From a virus (Duplodnaviria; Caudoviricetes), in the IMG/VR virus record IMGVR_UViG_3300046373_000041, positions 1 through 44,471 of that record: 44,471 nucleotides of DNA; one strand, 5' to 3'. The position numbers were made by a program, and so were the translations under genes. Each line of letters opens with the position of its first letter. Position 1 is the stretch's first letter. The notes beneath the pieces are model-generated. The model saw only the letters and a program-made list of their open reading frames with translations. It had not been told where the DNA came from and searched no databases. Of this stretch, positions 28,086 through 35,518 are shown in pieces.

Positions 28086-28685
28086 CTACTCGGTGAAGTA
28101 GGGGTGCTGGCTCGGGACCGCTTCGGCCCCGAGTTCGATCGTTGCTGGCTGGCTGAAGTCGCCGGGCGCTGCGAGCCATTCATGCGTGACGACTTCGAAC
28201 TGAACCATCGACGCGGCGATGAACTGCGCGTCGCGCTTGTCCAGTTCGCTGTAGGACTCGATCAGGGTGCGCGGGTCGATGACCGCCCGGTGCGGGGCAT
28301 CGACCGGCAGGATCTTGTCGGCAAGGAACATTTCGCGCACGGCCAGGGTGTAGCGCAGGATCGCGAGCGACGTCGCCCCTTCGTCATCGGCGACCGCATA
28401 GCTGTAAAGCTGCACCGGGTAGCGGTAGCTGTACTCTTCGCCGGTCGCATCGACGTCGGTCTGCCGGTTGCCCAGCTGCCCGGTCGTGTTCGGAACGACG
28501 ACGGCCAGGGCGGGGAACTTCTCGATCGACAGGGTCTGGACTTCATGCGGGTAGATCCGCGCGAGATCCGGCAGGGCCGCGGCGGTCTCGATGCCGTAGC
28601 GGGTGCGCAGCTGCGCCAGCCTGCCCGGCAGATTGTTTGAAGCGTGCAAATAGACGCCGCGGGTCACGCCTTCCGGCCCGAGCAT
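28086..28685 (-). CDS. tail terminator / neck protein
   Basis: Position before the sheath; FPALAV motif. Confidence 0.6.
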   Translation of the reverse strand: MLGPEGVTRGVYLHASNNLPGRLAQLRTRYGIETAAALPDLARIYPHEVQTLSIEKFPALAVVVPNTTGQLGNRQTDVDATGEEYSYRYPVQLYSYAVADDEGATSLAILRYTLAVREMFLADKILPVDAPHRAVIDPRTLIESYSELDKRDAQFIAASMVQFEVVTHEWLAAPGDFSQPATIELGAEAVPSQHPYFTE

Positions 28686-29158
28686 CAGTCAGCCACCGGC
28701 TGCGCGTTGACGATCCAGCCTTGCAGGATCTTCGCGAAGTGCAGGGTGTCGCGTCGGCGGGCTTCGCCGATAAGGGGTCGTGCTGGCATGCCGGGGGTGC
28801 CCTTCTGGTGGTAGATCGCGTATTCGATATCGGTGCCGACCCTCATGCCCGAGCGCCAGACGTCATAGATGCCCTGACCGGGCACGGTCATCTCGCGCTT
28901 CAGGTCGCCGTCGAAGACGAGGATCGGGCGACCGGGCCTGACGCGGGCCTTCCAGCGGGCGTAGGGCGGGGACAGGGCCGACCATTTGCCCGTTTCGACG
29001 CTGCCCTGCTCTTTGAACTGGCGGGCGTTCACGGTCTTCTTCTGATAGCTCGCCATGGCATTGAACGCGGGCGTCGCGTCGCCGAGATTGTCCTGCCAGC
29101 GTTGCAGTACGGCGGTTACGGGCTTCGTTCCGGCGCCACTGAAGGTCAGCCCTGTCAT
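28685..29158 (-). CDS. virion morphogenesis protein (Mu gpG-like)
   Basis: WSALSP...ILVFDGDL...VGTDIEYAIYHQKG...MPARPLIG. Confidence 0.85.
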   Translation of the reverse strand: MTGLTFSGAGTKPVTAVLQRWQDNLGDATPAFNAMASYQKKTVNARQFKEQGSVETGKWSALSPPYARWKARVRPGRPILVFDGDLKREMTVPGQGIYDVWRSGMRVGTDIEYAIYHQKGTPGMPARPLIGEARRRDTLHFAKILQGWIVNAQPVAD

Positions 29159-29655
29159 TAGAAGCGCTGCCCGTCGGGGAACATCGCGGCAGGGAAGAAG
29201 CCCGAGCCGGTGCCCTCTAGTAAGGGCACGATCGGCGGCAGTTCCAGCAGCCAGCCGTCGAGCACCAGGCCGACACCTTCAAGGGCCGATTCGTAGCGGG
29301 ACCAGAGCAGCGCCGCGTAGCCTTCGCCAGCGTTCGTCTGCCCGATCGGGTGCGCGGCGGCGACCAGGTAAGAAGCCGCGCCGTTCACGACGGCGTCGTG
29401 CGCGGCCTTGCCGACGACATTCAGCCGGGCTTCGTCGGTGATGCGCCCGAGGCTTGCCAGGCGCAGCGCGGCCCGCCCGGCGACGTCCGAGATCCACGCT
29501 TCGACTTCGCCGATACTGATGCTGCGGTCGGCCTTGACGAAGACAGGGTCGGCCACTGCTGCGGGGTTCGTGCCGATAGAGACATGGGGCGCCAGTGCCG
29601 AAACTTCTTCGACAGTGACGCCCCAGTCGTTACCGGCAGTCTGATCGACTGCCAT
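29158..29655 (-). CDS. head-to-tail adaptor
   Basis: Position after the capsid genes; helical, size consistent. Confidence 0.55.
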   Translation of the reverse strand: MAVDQTAGNDWGVTVEEVSALAPHVSIGTNPAAVADPVFVKADRSISIGEVEAWISDVAGRAALRLASLGRITDEARLNVVGKAAHDAVVNGAASYLVAAAHPIGQTNAGEGYAALLWSRYESALEGVGLVLDGWLLELPPIVPLLEGTGSGFFPAAMFPDGQRF

Positions 29656-29659
29656 GCGG

Positions 29660-30040
29660 TTACTCGCCGAGCTTCTTCAGTGCACCGATGCGCACGCCGC
29701 GCTTCAGGCTGTCGGCGTCGGTCGCGATCACGTCGCCCTTGCGGGCCTTCGTGAAGATCCCGTCGACGAACTGGTGATAGCGGCTGAACAGCACGATCGC
29801 CTTGCTGCGACCGCCGAAGTCAATGACGACCGAGTCATCGACCGGCACTTCTTCGTCGGCGGGGATGACCGGCTCGGCGGTGCCGTTCACGAGGGCGGCG
29901 AGAGCCGATTCGCGGGCGTCAGGTTCGGCCTGCACGACCGGGGCCGGTGCGGGCGGGGTGGCGCCTGCGACGTCCTGTTCGAGCGGGCTGGTCTGGACTT
30001 CGGCGCCGGTCGAAGTGCGGGCCTTCTGCGGCGTAGCCAC
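29660..30040 (-). CDS. hypothetical head-associated protein
   Basis: Coupled to the major capsid stop codon. Confidence 0.65.
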   Translation of the reverse strand: MATPQKARTSTGAEVQTSPLEQDVAGATPPAPAPVVQAEPDARESALAALVNGTAEPVIPADEEVPVDDSVVIDFGGRSKAIVLFSRYHQFVDGIFTKARKGDVIATDADSLKRGVRIGALKKLGE

Positions 30041-30927
30041 TAGGAACCGATCCCGTTGATCACGAGGGCGCTGCCCGGCTCGTCGATGACCGGGACGCCG
30101 AAGCGGTCGGCCAGGACGACGTTACGCCCGCGGGTGCCTTCGCGGACTACTTCGACGGTCAGGGCGCGCTCGGTGACGTTCACGCCCGTTACCTTCGTCT
30201 GAAGCAGGATCGCCTTGTCGTCGGAAGCGAACTCGTTGACGACCCAGTTCAGGCCGAGCAGGCCCGACAGTGACGGGTTGTAGAGCGGGTTCAGGTTCGC
30301 GTTTTCCTTCGGCGCCCAGTTCTGAAGGTCATCCAGAAGCAGCAGGGTCGTCTCGGTGTTCGGGGAGATCACGACCGTATCGGGGGTGAAGCCCAGCTGA
30401 AGGCCCTTGATGGAGTTGAGGCCCTGAAGCAGGTCGGTCTTCCAGACCTTCGAGGTCGTCCAGGCGCCGACGGAGTTGACCGAAGGCACCTTCGCGTCGA
30501 ATGCGGCGAGCAGGCGGGCCGCGTCCTGACGCATCAGGGCGTTGCGCACCTTCAGGTTGCCCTTCGCGATCGGGTCGAAGTTGTTGCGCATCTTCGCTTC
30601 GTCGAGGACGTAGTAACCTGCGCCGAACTTCTTCGACAGTTCGACCTTGTCGGCGACGTCGTCGACGTCGACCATCGGGTAGGCGCCGCCCGGTTCGATC
30701 TGCTGCGCGTCGCCGCGGGCAGGGTAGATGTTGTCGATCGAGCCTTCGGCGTAGATGACCGCGCCCGAGTCGGTCGTGCCGGGACGGAACAGCAGTTCGC
30801 TAAGGAACTGCGTGTTCGGGGGCACGATCCGCTTCGCGAGGAACGTCGGGTTCTTCAGGGCACGGTCGACGGTCAGGGTTGTGCCGCTAACCGACGGTGC
30901 GCCCGCGGGGTAGGTGAGAGTAGTCAT
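30040..30927 (-). CDS. major capsid protein
   Basis: 295 aa after the decoration protein; PDTVVISP, GLLGLNWV. Confidence 0.85.
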   Translation of the reverse strand: MTTLTYPAGAPSVSGTTLTVDRALKNPTFLAKRIVPPNTQFLSELLFRPGTTDSGAVIYAEGSIDNIYPARGDAQQIEPGGAYPMVDVDDVADKVELSKKFGAGYYVLDEAKMRNNFDPIAKGNLKVRNALMRQDAARLLAAFDAKVPSVNSVGAWTTSKVWKTDLLQGLNSIKGLQLGFTPDTVVISPNTETTLLLLDDLQNWAPKENANLNPLYNPSLSGLLGLNWVVNEFASDDKAILLQTKVTGVNVTERALTVEVVREGTRGRNVVLADRFGVPVIDEPGSALVINGIGS

Positions 30928-30946
30928 GTCAGGTTCCTAATCTGCT

Positions 30947-31327
30947 CTAGAGGGACAGACGCACGGCGGCGTCAGCGTTGGCGACCGCGTCGGCGTAGAC
31001 CGACCCGAGGCGCTTGCCGGTGGACACGACGACGGCCTTGCCTGCGGCGTCCGACTGGACTTCGACCGGGGCGACGAGGTTCGTCGAGGCGGTCACGGTC
31101 CAGGTTCCAAGCTGCTGGATCGTGACGGTCTCGCCGTCGGCGACGCTCCAACCGGACACGCCGAACGCCTGCTCGCCTGCGCCGCAGAGTGCGACCTTCG
31201 GCTGCTGGAAGGTGCCGCCTGCGACCAGCTTCACGAAGCGGGAACCGGGGATAGCGCCGGATGCTTTGGCGGTGACTGCCCGGTCATCTGACCAGACGTT
31301 GAACGACTGCGCTGCGTTACCAAACAT
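30947..31327 (-). CDS. capsid decoration/cement protein (DUF2190-like)
   Basis: Gly/Ala-rich; FGVS...VQSDAAGKAV. Confidence 0.75.
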   Translation of the reverse strand: MFGNAAQSFNVWSDDRAVTAKASGAIPGSRFVKLVAGGTFQQPKVALCGAGEQAFGVSGWSVADGETVTIQQLGTWTVTASTNLVAPVEVQSDAAGKAVVVSTGKRLGSVYADAVANADAAVRLSL

Positions 31328-31353
31328 GGGTGAATACCTTTCGGGAGATCCGG

Positions 31354-31899
31354 TTAGAGACCGAGCCGGTCGGCTTCGGCCATGAGCGCAGCGTCGTCGG
31401 TGTCGGCGTCGCCCGCGTGGTCGGCGCCGAGTTCGACCGTGCTGAACCGCGGGGCCAGCTTGCCGAGCAGTTCCAGGCCTGCGGCTTCGTTGGCTTCGAG
31501 GGCGGCGGCGAAGGCGACGCGCTCGGCGGGGGCGATCCGGCCTGTCTTGATCGCGTCGTCGAGGGCCTTTGCCTTGCGGTCGGCTGCGCGCTCGGTGGTC
31601 AGCGACGCAAGCTGCGACTGCATTTCAGCGAACTGCACGGCGGACACGATGACGGTTGCGCCTTCGGCCAGTTGGGCGCCAGCCGCGGGGGCGGCGGTGC
31701 CAGCAGCAGCAGCGGCGGCAGCTGCGGCGGCGTCGGTGGCCGCGGCGGCAGCAGCGGCTTCGGCTGCGATCTCTTCGGCGGTCTTCTCGGATGCTGCCGG
31801 GGCGGCGAGTTCAGCGGCTTCGAGGGCTGCTTCTACTTCGGCGTCGGTGGCAGTCTCGGGCAGACCGAGCTTCTTCTTCAGTGCGTCCGTGAGTGCCAT
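31354..31899 (-). CDS. nested in-frame scaffold protein (MALTDALKKK..., 181 aa)
   Basis: Internal GAAAGGA RBS and ATG at 31899; own promoter copy at 31939-31973. Confidence 0.7.
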   Translation of the reverse strand: MALTDALKKKLGLPETATDAEVEAALEAAELAAPAASEKTAEEIAAEAAAAAAATDAAAAAAAAAAGTAAPAAGAQLAEGATVIVSAVQFAEMQSQLASLTTERAADRKAKALDDAIKTGRIAPAERVAFAAALEANEAAGLELLGKLAPRFSTVELGADHAGDADTDDAALMAEADRLGL

Positions 31900-32487
31900 T
31901 TCGGCAGTCCTTTCGTCGGGTGTGTTACTTCCATTGCCAGACTCGCCGGGCGCGCCGGGGGTGTGTGGGACGGGTGCCGTGTCCGTCGCCCCGTCGACGG
32001 CGAACGCGACGGTCTCGTCGCCTTCCAGCGGGTCGCCTTCGGCGGCGTAAAGGCTCAGAATGTCGTCGAGGCCCTTCACTGCCGGGGCCTTCGCGCCGAG
32101 CAGCGCGAGGCCGGTCAGGGCGGCGCGGTAGGTCTTCCCGCTCGGGGTCTTCGCGCCGAGCGTCATTTCGACCGAACGGCGCCGGAACGCCCGCGGGATG
32201 ATCGCGGCCAGCTTCGACGGGATATCGGTCAGATCGCCGATCAAGGTCTGCTTGTCATCGGACAGCTTCAGGTTTTCGATCCAGCCGAGCGCGGGCTGAC
32301 CCGTCGCGAGGTTCAGGTCGCCGTCATGCCCGATCTTCAGCACGCCGCGGTCGATCTCGGGGTCGGCGTAGGCCGCGACAGCGTCGGCGAGGTCTTCGGG
32401 CGTGATGGTCGAGCGGCCAGTCATCCCGCCCCAGGTGCCAGCCTTCACAAGCTGGACGTCTTTGAAGGTGGTCGTCGCAATAGTCAT
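31354..32487 (-). CDS. capsid maturation protease/scaffold (Mu gpI-like)
   Basis: KIGH, ALGWI, RRRSVE, LALLGAKAPAVKGL; C-terminal KKLGLPETATD and GRIAPAE scaffold motifs. Confidence 0.85.
   Translation of the reverse strand: MTIATTTFKDVQLVKAGTWGGMTGRSTITPEDLADAVAAYADPEIDRGVLKIGHDGDLNLATGQPALGWIENLKLSDDKQTLIGDLTDIPSKLAAIIPRAFRRRSVEMTLGAKTPSGKTYRAALTGLALLGAKAPAVKGLDDILSLYAAEGDPLEGDETVAFAVDGATDTAPVPHTPGAPGESGNGSNTPDERTAEMALTDALKKKLGLPETATDAEVEAALEAAELAAPAASEKTAEEIAAEAAAAAAATDAAAAAAAAAAGTAAPAAGAQLAEGATVIVSAVQFAEMQSQLASLTTERAADRKAKALDDAIKTGRIAPAERVAFAAALEANEAAGLELLGKLAPRFSTVELGADHAGDADTDDAALMAEADRLGL
31939..31973 (-). promoter_or_regulatory. phage-specific promoter copy inside the protease gene (CCGTCCCAC-N20-GAGTCT)
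   Basis: Motif at 31965-31973, -10 at 31939-31944. Confidence 0.7.
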
Positions 32488-32493
32488 GAGTGC

Positions 32494-32528
32494 AGACTGA
32501 ACGCAAGGCGGCGTGTCGTGTGGGAAGA
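32494..32528 (-). promoter_or_regulatory. phage-specific promoter copy, leaderless (TCTTCCCAC-N20-CAGTCT-N6-ATG)
   Basis: Motif at 32520-32528, -10 at 32494-32499, ATG at 32487. Confidence 0.75.
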
Positions 32529-32529
32529 C

Positions 32530-32574
32530 TTGACGGGATGGCCCAAGCCGCTTAGGTTTGTTCTAACGGTTCGA
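32530..32574 (+). promoter_or_regulatory. sigmaA promoter TTGACG-N17-TAGGTT with operator GTTCTA-ACG-GTTCGA
   Basis: -35 at 32530-32535, -10 at 32553-32558, box at 32560-32574. Confidence 0.8.
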
Positions 32575-32593
32575 TCAAACGAAGGAAAGTATC

Positions 32594-33010
32594 ATGAGCA
32601 ACGACGTCCCCACACACGACAAGCTCGGCTTTCCCGTTGTGCCCTGCTCGCGCTGCTGCGGCACTGGCATCCTTACCGCCTTCCGCAACGTTCAGGGCGG
32701 CGAATGCTTCAAGTGCGGCGGTACGGGCGTCTTCGTCAAGCCGGGCAAGGCAGCGAAGGCCCGCGCAGCCTACGTCGAAGCAGTCAAGGCGGCGCAGTCG
32801 AAGCCGTGGAGCGAGGTCAAGGTCGGCGAAGTTGTTCTCGCTGGCCGCGCATGGCGCACGGTCGTCGATATCCGCGAAGACAAGCTGAACGCTGGCCGCA
32901 TCATCGTCACACTGAAGAATGGCGATCGGATCGGTACCGATCCCGCATTCTCGGCCCGCATGCGCGACGCTGAAGTGCCCGACGTTGCTGACTACCTGAA
33001 GGGACTCTAG
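32594..33010 (+). CDS. DnaJ-type zinc-finger (CxxCxGxG x2) protein, moron-like
   Basis: CSRCCGTG...CFKCGGTG; GAAGGA RBS; own promoter. Confidence 0.8.
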   Translation: MSNDVPTHDKLGFPVVPCSRCCGTGILTAFRNVQGGECFKCGGTGVFVKPGKAAKARAAYVEAVKAAQSKPWSEVKVGEVVLAGRAWRTVVDIREDKLNAGRIIVTLKNGDRIGTDPAFSARMRDAEVPDVADYLKGL

Positions 33011-33012
33011 CC

Positions 33013-33177
33013 GTGGATCTCGGCGTGCACCTTGCGCATATCGAGCGGGCCGACCCGGCAGACCGGGCGGCACTGATCCAGCGGATAGCGGCGCTGGCAT
33101 GGCGCGAAGGCCTGAATGTAGGCGCCGACCTAGTCCAGACCGACCCTTCCCCTATAAATCCTTACAGCCAGGCGTAG
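33013..33177 (+). CDS. small hypothetical protein (54 aa, AWREG...NPY)
   Basis: Translated by hand; GTG 2 nt after the upstream stop; ends just before the terminator. Confidence 0.55.
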   Translation: MDLGVHLAHIERADPADRAALIQRIAALAWREGLNVGADLVQTDPSPINPYSQA

Positions 33178-33178
33178 C

Positions 33179-33207
33179 GAAGGCCCCGACCAAAAGTCGG
33201 GGCCTTC
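33179..33207. terminator. hairpin terminator between convergent genes
   Basis: Perfect 12-bp stem GAAGGCCCCGAC/GTCGGGGCCTTC. Confidence 0.7.
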
Positions 33208-33209
33208 TG

Positions 33210-33524
33210 CTATGCGTTAGGGTCGTCGTTTGGGACGGGGCCGACGTTGGTCATCGCGTCGATGCGTTCTTCGGCTTCGAGGTACTGCACGTGCAGCAGT
33301 TCGCCGGTCTCTTTCATGACGATCGTGAGCGGCTGGTCGGGCACGTCGAAGCTGTGATCGTGGTCGATCAGCAGTTCGGCGGCGCCTTCGACGATCAGCC
33401 AGGCGTCGGCGTCTTCATATCCCCAGGGGGCGACCATATACCGGCCCTTGTTGCCGAGATCCCGCCAGGCCGGGCCGTTCGCCTTCTCGGCGATCTGCCG
33501 GGCCTGCTCAAAAGTGGTCGTCAT
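33210..33524 (-). CDS. putative immunity protein (Imm35/YrhB-like)
   Basis: ATGA-coupled to the toxin gene; TFEQARQIA...EDADAW...PLTIVMKETGEL. Confidence 0.55.
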   Translation of the reverse strand: MTTTFEQARQIAEKANGPAWRDLGNKGRYMVAPWGYEDADAWLIVEGAAELLIDHDHSFDVPDQPLTIVMKETGELLHVQYLEAEERIDAMTNVGPVPNDDPNA

Positions 33525-35518
33525 ACGATCCCTCCGGGGTAGTGCTTCAGGAAATCATTCTTTACCTGCTGTAGCACGTCGGCGGGGATCTCTTCCCACT
33601 TTCGCGTGAACGGGTTCACTCGGTACTTGCCGAGCAGCAGCTTCTTCTTCCCGTCGGCCTGCGTCATGACGCGGTGCTGCGACTGCGCCTTCATCTGCGT
33701 CACGGTCAGCGGCTTCGCGGCAAGCTCGGCAGCGAGGGCGTCGGGCCGGGTTTCAAGGGCTTCGGTTATCGCATCCGTCGGCACCTTGTCGTCGGTCCTG
33801 AAGACGCGCAGCGAGGCGGGCTTGAACTTGCCGGGGGCCAGGTGCCGGGCGGCGTCGACGTTGCCTGTCTGCCCTTCGAGGTATACGGCCTTGCCGTCGA
33901 TCTTCTCGAAGTTGAAGACGTGCCCGCCGCTCTTGGTCCAGTGCAGCGCGACGAAGCCGCGGGCGCCGTCGGGCATCGCGTCGATGTATTCGTCGAGCTT
34001 CGCCTTCGCCAGCATGGAGCTATTCGGCAGGATCTTCTTACCGTCGACATGCGTCGCCGTCGGGGCGGGCAGGTCGTTCGTGAAGGTCACCTTCGCCGGG
34101 GTGCCGTCGGCGTTCTGCCACCACTCGCCGACATACTGCTCGTCATAGCGGCCCTTGCCCGCCTTGACCGGCGCGGCCTTCACGTCGAAGCCGCGGCGGC
34201 GCATTTCGTAGGCCTGCACGACACTAGAGCAGTTGTTCGAGTAGTTCTTATCCCGGCCCATGCTGTCGGCGTAGCCGGGGTTGAGATCCTTCGCAAGCGC
34301 CCGCAGGTAATCAAGGGACAGTCTCGCCGGGAGCGGGGTCTTTTGTACCGGCAGCTGATTCAGGGCGTCGTAGCGCTGCGTCTGGCCCTTGCGGCGCTTG
34401 GGTGGGGTGCCGGTCGGCGCGGCGGGCAGGCCGGGGGCGGCGGGGGCGGGTGCTTGCTTCTTCTTCGGCCCGTCGGGCGGGGTCTTCACGACGTCGGGCA
34501 CGACCGGGGCGGGCTGCGGGGTCGGCTTCTTCCGCGGCGTCTTCGGCTTGACCAGGACGGGCAGCGGCGACGGCTCGGGAACGACCGGGGGCGCGTCGGT
34601 GCCGAGTTCGTTATACAGAAAGACCAGCGTGCCGCGGCAGCGCGCCCCGCCCTTGCAGGCGCCATAGCCGCCCGTCTCATATTCGCGGGTCGCGGCGGTC
34701 AGGCTCTTGTATTCCTTGCCGTCGACTCGGGCGCAGGCGTCGCAGGTCGCCCCGTCAAGCAGTTCGCTCGCGACGATATCTACGGGCGGCATGGTGGCGG
34801 CGGCGTCGACCCGGCCTGCGCCGTGCGCGGTGTGGATCGTCTGCCGTGCCAGGTCTTCGGCGCCGTCGAGCGGGATCGCTTCGAGGGTCTTCTGCACGTC
34901 GGCCCGCAGGATCGGGTCGCCAGCGGCGAGGGCGGTCTTCATCAGGGTCGCCGGGGTCATCATGTCGGCCTGAAGTTTCGACGTGAGCCGGGTCCAGGGG
35001 TGCAGGGCGACGGCCTTCGCGAGCAGGTCGAAGCGCCCGGCGTCGGCGGTCAGGGGTTTCGGGGTCTTCTTCACGCCCTGCCGCTGCGCTTCGCCGATGA
35101 CGATCTTCGAGGATTCGGCATAGACGTCGCTTAGAATGGTGGACATGGCACTTTGCGATCGGGCAGTCTCGGCGATGACGTCGTCGGGCTGCGCCCTGTT
35201 CAGGGCGTCGAGCGCGTCAACGACGGCGCTCGGCTGAACGGCATCTTCTTTGCCGAAAATTTCGCTGATAATTACTATTACGTAAACCTGCGCGTTACTG
35301 GCGAGTAACTTAGCCGCTTTTTCGGCAGCAGAATGTTCTAACGCTTCGATCTCACTGAAGCGCATCTTCGCCCGCCGCTCGACGTCCGACAAGGGCCGGA
35401 TCGCCTGCGGCACGGACTCGCCGACATTGGCCTGCGCGAGGATAAGTTCGCGCTCGGCGGCGGCAAGCATCACTTCAGCGGTCAGATCCGCCGCCAGCGT
35501 GTCGCACCTAGAGCACAT
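33521..35518 (-). CDS. MuF-like minor head protein fused to a papain-fold (Tox-PL-like) toxin domain
   Basis: Directly after the portal; LDGATCDAC...CKGGARCRG; Pro-rich linker; NNCSSVVQAYEMRRRGFDV...GGHVFN...YLEGQTG. Confidence 0.75.
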   Translation of the reverse strand: MCSRCDTLAADLTAEVMLAAAERELILAQANVGESVPQAIRPLSDVERRAKMRFSEIEALEHSAAEKAAKLLASNAQVYVIVIISEIFGKEDAVQPSAVVDALDALNRAQPDDVIAETARSQSAMSTILSDVYAESSKIVIGEAQRQGVKKTPKPLTADAGRFDLLAKAVALHPWTRLTSKLQADMMTPATLMKTALAAGDPILRADVQKTLEAIPLDGAEDLARQTIHTAHGAGRVDAAATMPPVDIVASELLDGATCDACARVDGKEYKSLTAATREYETGGYGACKGGARCRGTLVFLYNELGTDAPPVVPEPSPLPVLVKPKTPRKKPTPQPAPVVPDVVKTPPDGPKKKQAPAPAAPGLPAAPTGTPPKRRKGQTQRYDALNQLPVQKTPLPARLSLDYLRALAKDLNPGYADSMGRDKNYSNNCSSVVQAYEMRRRGFDVKAAPVKAGKGRYDEQYVGEWWQNADGTPAKVTFTNDLPAPTATHVDGKKILPNSSMLAKAKLDEYIDAMPDGARGFVALHWTKSGGHVFNFEKIDGKAVYLEGQTGNVDAARHLAPGKFKPASLRVFRTDDKVPTDAITEALETRPDALAAELAAKPLTVTQMKAQSQHRVMTQADGKKKLLLGKYRVNPFTRKWEEIPADVLQQVKNDFLKHYPGGIV
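35250..35349 (+). promoter_or_regulatory. antisense sigmaA promoter TTGCCG-N17-TACTAT inside the MuF-toxin gene, with downstream operator box
   Basis: -35 at 35250-35255, -10 at 35273-35278, box GTTCTA-ACG-CTTCGA at 35335-35349; local AT-rich codon anomaly. Confidence 0.55.

Noticed and set aside
26224-28101. Long plus-strand ORFs (625 aa here; also 31330..32973, 33674..35134, 19669..20745)
   Set aside because: Antisense shadows of high-GC genes, with no RBS or recognisable motifs.
32560-32574. Operator box as a host LexA site
   Set aside because: The actinobacterial SOS box is the palindrome CGAAC-N4-GTTCG; these boxes are direct repeats with a 9-bp period.
33205-33240. CCGTCCCAA resembling the late-promoter motif
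   Set aside because: Ends in CAA rather than CAC, and the hexamer at N20 is CAGAAG (no T6); explained by the coding sequence GPVPN.
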